Positions 53,411 to 63,551 of a stretch of 64,000 nucleotides of DNA are shown here, in pieces (position 1 is the first letter of the stretch; each line of letters begins with the position of its first letter). The position numbers were made by a program, and so were the translations under genes. Where the stretch lies: positions 310,001 to 374,000 of the forward strand of contig CDRNVI010000044.1 in assembly GCA_977017575.1 (NCBI GenBank), written 5' to 3'. The notes below the pieces were generated by a model that was not told the DNA's origin, did not search any database, and worked only from the letters and a program-made list of their open reading frames with translations. Source of the DNA: Paramoeba atlantica (lineage: Eukaryota; Protista; Discosea).

Positions 53411-53507
53411 CTGTACCCCCCCTAGTTATCTGTCGCTACTTTTCGAGAAAAGGTGACTGATAACCAGGGGGGGGGGTAGGGGTGCGACAGATAACTAGGG
53501 GGGTCCG
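53411..53507. mobile_element. Family A palindromic MITE copy with a degenerate right end
   Basis: TA-CTGTACCCCCCCTAGTTATCTGTCGCTACTTTTCGAGAAAAGGTGAC...GACAGATAACTAGGGGGG. Confidence 0.65.
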
Positions 53508-53945
53508 TCGCCAAAAAAAGCGAGGGAACGAAATGTTACAGAAACGGTATCTTTATTGCCTAGGAAGATTCCTTTCTACCCCAATGGGGTACTACAAGCT
53601 GAAGGCATGCGCCTACGGGTTAAAAGAAGCCCAGAGAGTAATTTACACATATTTTATCGGGTTAAAATATTAATTACGTTACATATATCATACCCTGGAC
53701 GGTAATAGGAGGTAATTACCTCCGATTACCTCCTATTACCACATATTTTAGTTTACAGAGTGACTTCTAAAAAGTCTTACATTATCCTATCTAATTGTGT
53801 TCTAAGTGATACAGGGGGCTTTTTTACCGAAAAAAGTTTCGGTACTAATACAGGGTTTCTGCTCTCTTGTGGTGCAAAATACGATGTTATTGTGCCTCTG
53901 GGACCTACATAAAGGCGTTCGTACCTTTTATCCAACTTCTTACTA

Positions 53946-55013
53946 CTCCCCCTTTCATAATTCTTTATAAATATAAACTATAAGTGTTTCGGCGATTTAT
54001 ATTTATATTATACTGTCCGCGTCATATTGATCCCCCCCTCAGTAAATTTTAGTTTTTTTATCTGATTTTGCTCATCTTTGCAGCATTCGAGAGATCTCGT
54101 TCCGGTAGGAAAGTATTTTGCCGCAATAAACGTAAGGAGGGGGAGTGCCTCCTGGAGAGAATCCCAAAGTTAGGAAAAAACAGAAAAAGTTAGGAAAATG
54201 ACAAAAATCATGTGTGATCGCCGCTTTGCTACAAAGCGTTTTTTCGAGGAATTCGTATTTTTCATGTAACTAAAGGTATTTTTAAGGGATTCAGACGAGG
54301 ATACGTGCCGTTTCGGCCTCTTCGGGGTGCTGGAAGAAGAAAAAGTAATGAAAAAATAAGCAATTTTTAAATTTATTCAAGATTTTAGTAAAAAAACGTG
54401 TAGTTTTCCACTATTTCGAGGCGTCTGGCTAAAAGGTAAAAACAGTGGCAAAGTACTTTCCTATGGGAATGAGATCTCTCGAATGCTGCATAGATGAGCA
54501 AAATCGGATAAAAAAACTAAAATTTCCAGAGAGGGGGGATCAATATGACGCAGACTATAAAGCTTTATAAGTGTTTGGTACCGAGGTGGGTTTACTTATA
54601 AAAATATTTATATAAATTATGATCATTATTTCTACTAGTTCTTATGCGCTCTCATGGTGTGTTTGCATGAATAGGTGACCGAATTTGATATGTAAAGTCA
54701 CACACATTTGACCACATTGATGAATTTGACAAAAAAAGAGGACCGAAACAAAGAAACGAAAGAGAAGTTTCTAAAAGTATTAAACTGCTTAATGTCTAAA
54801 AAAGGAAATTCAAAATATGCATTTGATACGCGAATCAGAATGAGAAATACTCGGCGCGCAGCGCCGCGAGCTCCGTTTTTTCCACTGATCGTTTGGCGTT
54901 TTTCAGGCGTTTTAAAGTTGTACATGAGCTGTATATAGACAGCTGTATATAAATTTATATAGAACCATGAATCATTTTGGGCTCGAACTTATAAAGAATT
55001 ATGAAAGGGGGAG
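53946..55013. mobile_element. 1068-bp Stowaway/Tc1-mariner-like MITE with perfect 25-bp TIRs and TA duplication
   Basis: TA-CTCCCCCTTTCATAATTCTTTATAA ... TTATAAAGAATTATGAAAGGGGGAG-TA. Confidence 0.8.
54013..54557. mobile_element. Nested element with ~90-bp imperfect TIRs inside the 53946-55013 element
   Basis: GCGTCATATTGATCCCCCC...TTTTGCTCATCTTTGCAGCATTCGAGAGATCTC at 54019-54097, mirrored at about 54471-54551. Confidence 0.7.
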
Positions 55014-55342
55014 TATTCCCCATACTTTTTCCCACGCTCGTGTACTTTTAATCAAAGTCATAAGTGTTAGTTACTTTAAACTGTTCGTTAATCAAGTTAG
55101 TATCCTGATATGACCATGGAAGAGTCAGATATTACTCCAAGGTCTCGGAAGCGAGCAGCGCGTCGTATTAGCAACGAACTATGCGATGCTGTTAATCAGC
55201 GGGTGGCTGATGGACCAAGCCAATTAAGCTTGACCACAATGAGACAGGTCACGGATATTTCAAGCAATGCGAAGAATGTTCAGTCTGGGAACGTTGAGCA
55301 CCCACTTAAATTTGAAGATCTATCCTTTTATTTTATTTCGTC

Positions 55343-55986
55343 TTGTGTGACTGCAAGAATGCTGACAGTACTTCTTCGAAATTGTGCTTTAAGGAAATGG
55401 ATCATCGTCAGGGATCTGCATCCTTCTTAAAAGATGCCGCTAACCAGAGACTAAGAATACACATTATATTTAGCAACGTTTTTTGTATTCAAAAGGCGAC
55501 ACTGCGGCCACTCGCCACAAACTTGTTAAGAATGCCTTCGTGCACTTGCTACGACAGTACGGATTCACTCCTGACAATCATGAACCCCGATTCTCTGCTG
55601 GTCAGGGCCCCGACGTCTGCTTTATGCTGGGAGGGAAGATATGTCTGGTGGACGTGACCGTCGCTAACCCCCTTGCCCCTTCTTATGTTAAGGCCGAATG
55701 GGTAGCGCCTGGCAACACTCTAGAAAGGGTGGAAAGCTTGAAAGTAAAAGCGCACAGTGACATGGCCACGAAAAGGGGTATGCATTTCTACCCCTTTGCA
55801 TTTACCGTTTTTGGTGTGGCAGGGAAGCACACCGTACTCCTCCTAAAGGAGATCGCAAGGTATACGTATGACAGGAAAGGTTTCCTGCGTCATGCACTAC
55901 AAGCCATTAATGTGGCTGTTCAAAAAGGCAACGCCGCGATACTATCCTCCGCGGTAAAACAGTGGAGGAAGGCGGGTGTCCGCTAA
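55343..55986 (+). pseudogene. 3' remnant of a non-LTR retrotransposon with a restriction-like endonuclease (CRE/SLACS/NeSL-type)
   Basis: RHKLV...GPDVCFMLGGKICLVDVTVANP...E..K...FYPFAFTVFG...AVQKGNA. Upstream C-x-C...H...C in another frame; AT-rich tail; no RT domain. Confidence 0.75.
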
Positions 55987-56604
55987 TTAAAAATATTAAT
56001 ACATTCGATAACCACATAATAAATACATACATAATTAATACATGTAGGTTTACCTAGGTGTTTTTCCGTCAGTCTATAATTTTCTCATTGTTTTTCCTTT
56101 GTAAACTCATACATGTCTCTCCCATATATTATATGGGTTAAAGTAGAACATAGGGAGCTATCGGACTCCAATTTTCACAAAGGTTACGACGGGAAAGAAT
56201 GTCAATATCACGGTTTTCAAATAAGGTTTTCAAATAAGGTGCGATACATATTATTTATCACGTGAATTGCACAACTGTTTTCACCAGAACCTTGCTGCAC
56301 ACAACACATTGGCACTATTAAATACGTTGATAATAAATATTATCAAATTATTTTCATGCACGCAGGATTTTCTTACAAAAAATTTGTGTCTTAAAAAAAC
56401 GTCCGTTAAAGCTTAAAAAAACTAAAATACTACTGGTAAGGTTTCAAAAACGGACCAAATTCGGGTTAAAATTTCACATTTTGGCCTGAAAATCGCGTTT
56501 TTTTGTCGAAAACTATGTACTCTCCCTGCCATTAATTATTAATTTTTTCGAATTTTTTGCTTTTCAAAATCGAGCGCAGGGAAGTGTTAGAGTATGCCGC
56601 GGCT

Positions 56605-57067
56605 ATGATTTTCCACCACCCCACCTGGGGGTACCCCCCCTGGTACGCGTAGGAAGGGTCCGACAACGTCAAAATTTCCGAAATTTTTGAGGTGAACAAA
56701 AAATTTTTTTGGACCCAAAAAAAAGTAAAAATAATATTTTTCCAAAATCGACTCCTAAAACGTATTTTGAGAGTTTTGGACCTCAGCTACCAGTTTTTTT
56801 CCAGCTACCAGAGTTTTTTTCGTCAGATTCGCCTCATACCCCTATTGGTAAGGCATCAAAAACGGCCCAAATTTGGAGTAAACTTTCGCAATTTTCGCCT
56901 AAAAGGAGGAGGGGCTTTTTGACCCAAAAAAATAGTTATTCATGATCCTTTTTTTGCGATTTTTCTTTTTTAGGCTCTTCGTTAAACGCCGTGGGAGTTT
57001 TCAACGCGAAGCGCGCAGCATGAGTGACTTATAAGTTGAAAACAACCATCGCGTTTAACGAAGAGTA
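56605..57067 (-). repeat. Dispersed repeat family B, copy 2 (inverted)
   Basis: The 95-bp hairpin 56973-57067 is the reverse complement of 19240-19334 with a few substitutions. ATTTTCCACC...GGGGGT.CCCCCC...AGG.GGGTCCG matches the other end. Confidence 0.7.
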
Positions 57068-57160
57068 TAAAGAATAGTTTTTTTTTTAAAAATCATAAAA
57101 TGAAACTTACATTTTTTCTTTTTGTGTTTAAAGCGAATGGTCGTTCGTGGTGCCATTATA

Positions 57161-57420
57161 AACCCCGTCCGGGTTAATGTACCCCCCCGGTATAATAACT
57201 ACATACAGATACTTCTCTATTTTCATGTCTTCGCTGGTAGAAATGGTAAATTTGTAATCAAAATGAAAATGAAAATCTGTAAAAAGGCGAAAAAAATGGT
57301 GCCGCTTCGCGGCGCCCTCTTTTGCGCAGGGGGGGGAGTACAATAAAACCAAGCGTTCCCAGTTATTGTACCCTCCGGTACAATAGCGAGCTACAGGTAC
57401 ATTAACCCGGAATGGGGTTT
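57161..57420. mobile_element. 260-bp TIR element flanked by TA
   Basis: TA-AACCCCGTCCGGGTTAATGTAC ... GTACATTAACCCGGAATGGGGTT-TA. Confidence 0.6.
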
Positions 57421-57462
57421 AAATCGTTTCTGTAATTCCATGTTCTGACTTTTTTTGTGACA

Positions 57463-57590
57463 TACCCCCTCCCTAGTTATCTGTCGCACACTGATCCGCC
57501 TAGATATCTGACGCACCCCTATCCCCCCTATTTACATGTATCTGTCGTCTTTTCGCGAAAAGTAGTGACAGATAAGTAGGGGGGGTACAG
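57463..57590. mobile_element. Family A MITE copy abutting the next element
   Basis: CCCTAGTTATCTGTC...TTTTCGCGAAAAGTAGTGACAGATAAGTAGGGGGGGTACAG. Confidence 0.65.
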
Positions 57591-58741
57591 TCCAGGCCAC
57601 ACTGTTTGCCCCCCAGGCCACGGAGTACACCGTGATTGCGGGGGTTGTTCACAACCTCCGCCTCTCCCTTCTTTATGGTGTCCGGGGCAGGGTGGATCCA
57701 GCAGGGTGAGAAAAGGGGGTCCAGCCCCCCTCCATCCTCGATTTGGGCACAAATCACGGTGCTCAAAAACGTAGGTTGCGGGACTCGAACCCAGGTAATC
57801 CATTTGGCAAGACCTGCCGTTCATAATCTGGTAGTCGCAGGTTCGACTCCCGGCGGTTATATTTTCAGCCATACGCGGCGTCGTTAGTGGGAAGCAATTT
57901 GCGAAGCCCGTTTACCAACAGCCACCGCTATTTAACGGAGGAGCTAGCACACCGACATAGCTTTTGACCTATTTCCTTCGGCATTCGACAGATCTCGAAA
58001 AAGTAGAACGTTTTCCGTATTTTTTTCATCCGCGGAGACCCCTAGACCCCCTGTGTGCACCCCCAAAGTTGATTTTTCCCTTAAAAAGTCTTTTTTGACA
58101 AACAAAATGAAAAATATCACAAAAAATACTTATTTGAAGGGACAAACCAATACATGTACCTTGTATGGTTCCCCTTTACACGCTGCATAATTTACATGTA
58201 CATGCGTTTGGTCATTGAAGTCATACAATTCAGAGCCTGACGGGGAGTGCGCTTAATCATCACAAAAGCTTTTTTAATGACCGTTAACCAAAGGTTAAAG
58301 AACTTTAACCAAAGGTTAAAGAAATTAACCAGTTAATTTCTTTAACTGATTTTTTTTGGTCTGACGAATGATTTTAAGACGTTCAGAGAGTTCGCATCGG
58401 GCTATCTTGTGCGTAATTGGGGGGGTTCGTTCCGGAATGTGTTAGAATAAGTTTCTCAGTAGATTCTCAGTAGATTTAACAGGGGTTTTCCTAAATAGCA
58501 TGTGATGAGCTACCATTTTATAGGAAAAAACACCTAAAAATTGTACTTTTCGCGAAATATTTCAAAAAATTGCCTTTTTTCATGTTTTTTTGACCCGTTA
58601 CTCATGTGGGGGGCTCCACATGTGAAAAAAATACGGGAAACGTTCCACTTTTTTTAGATCTGTCGAATGCCGAAGGAATTAGGTCAAAAGCTCTCACGGT
58701 GTACTTTGTGGCCTGAGGGGCCGACAGTGTGGCCTGGACTG
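57588..58741. mobile_element. 1154-bp Tc1/mariner-type non-autonomous element (CAGT ends, TA duplication) with an interrupted long left TIR
   Basis: TA-CAGTCCAGGCCACACTGT ... ACAGTGTGGCCTGGACTG-TA (18 bp perfect). The TIR resumes at 57959 (AGCTTTTGACCTATTTCCTTCGGCATTCGACAGATCT), mirrored at 58656-58692. Confidence 0.8.
57773..57866. other. tRNA-like segment with B-box/T-loop motifs on both strands; not a canonical tRNA
   Basis: Plus strand: TTCATAA...GGTTCGACTCC (57840-57850) followed by TTTT. Minus strand: GGTTCGAGTCCC (57780-57791) followed by TTTTT. Acceptor stems do not pair fully. Confidence 0.35.
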
Positions 58742-59448
58742 TATAATACATTTTGTATATAAAGTTTTAAATACAGTTGTATATAAACTTCACTTGTTTA
58801 TAGTCACGTTTTCCCTATTTTACATAAGAAAAAATTATGTTTCTCTCCGTATGGGGAAGAATATTTGGGAGCTCGCAATTTTCCGTAGCACTTCCAACTG
58901 AATGATGGTGCAAACGTCATGAACTTTGTTGTGTTCCCTTCTTACTTTCTCCCGTGATTTATCATCTCTTCATTTATTGTGTCGCGATTTACTATATCGC
59001 GTTATATTTACGAGCACTCGGCGAATAGGGTAAGCAATTCTTCTTAATTCTCTATGATGATATTCCACAAAGTCAACGTTAATATACCTTGATATTTTGT
59101 GAAAATATTGCTCCCTCTGAACATTTAACTGCCCCCTAAATATATTTTAGTATTTTAACGTTTCTCAGAAACGTAGTATGTAGGTTGCTTTTTTTTGCGC
59201 TGATAGTAGTCACCCGCCACCCCTGCGCGCTCCTCGTTGAAAATCACCACGTTTAACGAACCAACTAAAAAATTGGATACAAAAGCATAAGGATTAACAG
59301 AGACAGAAGGAAAACAGAAGCGTCTCGAATACTTGACATTCAGCTTCGCCGCTTAAAGTTGTTTTTAGCTTCTGGCGCAATCTTCTTCGCGTTGGCTCCT
59401 TCAAATTGTTCCGTGCTGGGCTTGACACACTGTATAAAGAGCAAGAGG

Positions 59449-59733
59449 CTAAAGATCATCGTAGGTGTCAATCAACCCATGAAGTGGACCTCTTTTCTCT
59501 CTAGTCATCCTCTCGCTAGGCAACTTGTCTTCAGGGCCCCCTTCCTGAACGTCAAGCGCCTGCTTTCGCGCCTGGAATACCTTTACAATCCCTAACAACA
59601 AGCTGCCGCTCACCTTCTGGTCGGAGTATTTCCCTTCTTCGAGAAGCTTTGCTACTTGCAGTCTCTCGCTATCTGCAGTACTCGGCCTTGTGTCTCTAGG
59701 AATCTGCCTGGTACAGGTCTTCTTCTCAAACAT
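59449..59733 (-). pseudogene. Short minus-strand ORF with a Rad21/Rec8 N-terminal-like motif
   Basis: KVSGSLLLGIVKVFQARKQAL resembles the kleisin motif RxSGxLLLGVVRIYxRKxxYL. Confidence 0.3.
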
Positions 59734-60070
59734 CTAACTTGCTGGAATTTTAATTAGAGTATAACTTCCAATCACCTACTTCTGAGACTCCATTCTTAGC
59801 ACCTAACTTCTAACATCCGCCGTCTAAGCACCTAACCTACAAAGTCAACATCGAAGCATCTAACTCAGACCTCACGGAACCTGATTTCTCAACTTCTATT
59901 TCCAAACGTCTAACTTCTAACATCCGTTATCTAAGCATCTAATTTCTAAGCTTCACTGTCAAAGCATCTAACTCAGACCTCATCTAGTCTCTAGTCGCTC
60001 AACCTGTAGTTCTAAACATCGAACTCATGATCTTCTAGTCGTTGACTTCTCACCATCTAACTTCTAAATG
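59734..60070. repeat. Degenerate tandem repeat (~107-bp period, CATCTAACT/CTAACTTCTA subunits)
   Basis: CTAACTTCTAACATCCG at 59803 and 59910; GCATCTAACTCAGACCTCA twice. The minus strand reads as stop-riddled coiled-coil-like text. Confidence 0.6.
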
Positions 60071-60326
60071 ATTATCTCGCAGGTTTGGTCAAATTTCGAA
60101 GTTAACATCATGCCTAGGGACACACGAATCCTCTCTTGGTTAATCGCCTATTGTGATCATAGGCCAGAGCGCCACGACAAGGCGGATTGAGCTCTGGGTA
60201 GGAGGCAAGAAGTGGTATATTGTGAAACCAAACGGCTAGAAAACCGTAGAGCAATTTCTTATCATATCTCCCAGGTATCTCCCCCACATGTCTCCAGGTA
60301 TCTGCTGTTGACCGCGTATTCTCCAA

Positions 60327-60706
60327 TGGAGGGGGTGCAGACAGTACCTGTAGGTCGCTGCCGAACGGTGACGACCAATGGCGACCGGTGACGATCGATG
60401 GCGACCGGTGGCGAACGCTGTGGGTATTTTTTGAGGTTCGAAGGATCGACCATTAATCTTCCCCACAAGTATCACAAAATTTCTTAGCACAGCGAGAATT
60501 TTGCATTAATGGAACTAAATAGTTAGGAATGTATAAACTGGTGGTATATAAAATGCTAAATTGTTTATGCCGATGTATAATTATATTGATCAGTCAGTCA
60601 TAAAGTTGAGCATTTTGGCCTTCAAAGTGTCGTTTTCTGGGAGTCGGCGACGACCGGTGACGACTGGTGGCGAACGCTGTAGGTATTTTTTGAGACCTTC
60701 GAAGGG
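60327..60706 (-). repeat. Dispersed repeat family C, copy 2 (60327-60444) and partial copy 3 (60648-60706)
   Basis: Reverse complement of 18412-18530; internal ~10-bp GCGACCGGTG-like subrepeats. Confidence 0.8.
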
Positions 60707-60880
60707 CCCTCCAATGGCAACAATAGCAATCTCAAAAAAAAAATTGGAGTTTATCATTATCGTTATTAATGGCATGGGGTAGTTTATGTTTCGCTAAAAT
60801 CTTACAAGCTAAAAAATTCAACAAACTAAAACGCATAAAATTTTGCTTGCCAAGCGTCTTCGAATGCACCTTATTTTTGA

Positions 60881-61891
60881 ATGAGTAATCCATGGAATGT
60901 GGTACGCAGCACGCTGAAAAATATTTGTAATATTGATCTTGAGCTCAAGTGGTGGAAGGAATGGTGGTGCCGTTCTACAGCACAAAATGATTTAGAGGCT
61001 CTAACGATGCTTCTTTATCAAGATTTCAGACGCGTTCCCTTTTTGAAAGGCTTTCCATTAGTGGATGACTGCACTATAACCTCACGACATATTTTTCAGC
61101 TGAATGAAATAGAAAATATTTCTCAAAGTCTCCTGGAACAGTCAAAGGCAGAATCCGCGTCTCACATGCCAACTTGCAAAGGACCACGCAAACTTTGCCT
61201 GACGGACGGTGTGAGGGATTGGATTGCAATTGAACACTCCCCATGCGTTCAGCTTGATGAAGGTCTGGTTCCGGGTGCAAAAGTCCTCATTGAAAACGTT
61301 CGAATCAGAAATCGTGTTCTTCTTCTTAATGACAGCTGCATGACTGTATTAGGAGGTTCTGTTGCCGCTCTAGATGCACAGCACACTCAGAAACGAAAAA
61401 AACGAGCCGAACGTTTCAATAGAACTCGCATGCTTCACAATCTTGAATCAGAAATCGAAGCGACACCTTGCACAGGAGCAAAGACCATATCTCAAGGCCA
61501 GCTGCATACTCCTGAGCAAACTTCTCCCTCCTTAGCAACCATGAAAATTTCTCAATTACCAGTTCAAGGGAGCGAAACTCCTTTTATAGTATCTGCAGAA
61601 ATAATTTCTTTGCTTCCTCCATTATCGGTGATGGAAAATCAATTTGTCGCTCGTGCTTACGTTGATGATGGTGAATCAGTTACTCTTGCATATTTATCTT
61701 CGCCAATGATCGAGGCTCTTATGTACCATAGGCCTGCGCAATTTCTAAAGTTGGAAACTTATGAAGCAGACAAACTTCGAATGAAGTTTGCCGAAGTTGT
61801 GCAGAGTTGGGGTAAAAGCTGTTTTAAGTCCATACTTGATGTCGCATGTGGTCTCATGCTTATTGATCGATACGCTCAAGAGGAAATTTAA
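60881..61891 (+). CDS. RMI1: RecQ-mediated genome instability protein 1 (N- and C-terminal OB folds)
   Basis: QDFRR...FQLNEIENIS...KLCLTDG...AIEHSP...PGAKVLI...LLLNDSCMTVLGGSV; C-terminal RAYVDDGE...LSSPMIE. Confidence 0.8.
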   Translation: MSNPWNVVRSTLKNICNIDLELKWWKEWWCRSTAQNDLEALTMLLYQDFRRVPFLKGFPLVDDCTITSRHIFQLNEIENISQSLLEQSKAESASHMPTCKGPRKLCLTDGVRDWIAIEHSPCVQLDEGLVPGAKVLIENVRIRNRVLLLNDSCMTVLGGSVAALDAQHTQKRKKRAERFNRTRMLHNLESEIEATPCTGAKTISQGQLHTPEQTSPSLATMKISQLPVQGSETPFIVSAEIISLLPPLSVMENQFVARAYVDDGESVTLAYLSSPMIEALMYHRPAQFLKLETYEADKLRMKFAEVVQSWGKSCFKSILDVACGLMLIDRYAQEEI

Positions 61892-62066
61892 GAGAAACAG
61901 TAAAAAAGGAAACAATAACTTCTTCGTAGTGAATACCAGAATCAGGATCAGAAGTGTAACTATGGATGTGAGAAGGGCACGAATTCTATATTAGAGGGTC
62001 TGAATAGTTCAATAATGAAGTTGAATTTGTTTTGCTAAAAGAGTGCTTTTAATATACAGTGTTATA

Positions 62067-62500
62067 CCGGTGAAACGGTTATTAAGGATAAAAGTAATTA
62101 AGGCAGAACGGATTTAAAAATTAATTATTGCCTTAATTAAAGTTGCCTTAATTAAAATGGCGCTGATAAAAGCCCAAAACAGGTCTTATTTAAATATTGT
62201 CGTTTGTAGCATAAGTATCACATTTCTGCTAAAAGTGCTCAATTTCTGATCATTTGTCATGTTTTTCGAACTTTTCTAGACGAGATTCGCCTGTTTCGCC
62301 TACCTTTACGGTCTTCAACCAATTCAACATGTGAGAGAAATGCTAAAACGATCATTGAAAGGAGAAGTCTGAGACAGAATCATGAAATTAATTTTCCCAA
62401 TTTTTTCCCCAAAATGACAAAAAAATAATTATTCCTTAATTAAAGCTGCCTTAATTAAAGTTGCCTTAATTTTAATTACCCTTAATTGAAGTTTCTACGG
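62067..62500. mobile_element. 434-bp TA-flanked MITE (pogo/Tigger-like ends)
   Basis: TA-CCGGTGAAAC..ATTAAGG ... CCTTAATTGAAGTTTCTACGG-TA; subterminal (T)GCCTTAATTAAA repeats at both ends. Confidence 0.6.
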
Positions 62501-62603
62501 TATTTAATTATTTAATTACGCTTTTAAGGTTATTTTTGGCTAAAATTAATCTTAATTAAATTAACCGTAATATAATCCACTCGTAAATTAATAATTTTTG
62601 AAC

Positions 62604-63551
62604 CAGAGGTCCGTAAAACTACAAAAACTATTTTATAGTACTATTATAGTACTATAAATTATATTTTTTTTACTATTTTTCTTAGAAAGTTTTTTCTAAA
62701 AGTATTGCTTGAAATGCCGACTCGACGCAATTCATTTTTTATCACTCCCGTTTTCTTGAAAGATTTCTCACTGTTTTTCACATCACTATGCCCAACAAGC
62801 TCGTGGTCAAGCTCAAACCATTTTTCCACACTTCGTTGGAGTCGATGGGGAAGTCGACCTACTTTAATTTCAGATGTGTTCCAGCCCAGACGCCTTGTCT
62901 TCTTAGGTCGCTTTTCCTGTCGAAGTACAATGTGTAAATGTGAAATAGGGGGTAAGTGATTCATCAAAATTCTTCAAAAGATTATGAATTTTTCAGATAT
63001 TGAATCTTACAGGCTCTGTGATGTGTTTTTGTGTTTTACCTTGCCATTGAATACGCCACGTCTAGGATCCAACGAGTGATCTAACGGGAACTCGTTGGAC
63101 AACTGTAATGCGGACGTAATCGTTGGACAACTATAATGTTTGCACGCTACAAGGGAAGAGCATTATGGGAAGAACTTGTGAGCTATAGGATCCCGACTTT
63201 TTCCATTTCTGCACAAAAACTACAACTCTTTTCACTTTTTTCTACGCGACAGCGTATCCACGCCACTTGCTCCACCTGACATCTCGTGACCCCTCTAAGC
63301 CTCTATACCTCCATCGGCTCTCTCCTGCCCCGCGAAATTCCTCCAGGTCCATCGACCGATCTGTCTACCGAGTGCCTTCCTGGACATGAAACACTGATAA
63401 AGACCATATAGTTTTTATAGTACCATACAGTATAGTGTTTATAGTACTATAAATGAGGTTTATAGTACTATAAATTTTCTTGAAACACTATAAACTATCT
63501 ATAAATTATTTATAGATAGTAAACTATTTAAAATAGTTTTAGGGACCTCTG
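62604..63551. mobile_element. 948-bp hAT-like non-autonomous DNA transposon
   Basis: Exact 8-bp duplication TTTTGAAC (62596-62603 and 63552-63559). TIRs CAGAGGTCCGTAAAACTA and TAGTTTTAGGGACCTCTG (17/18). Subterminal TATAGTACTAT repeats. Confidence 0.85.
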
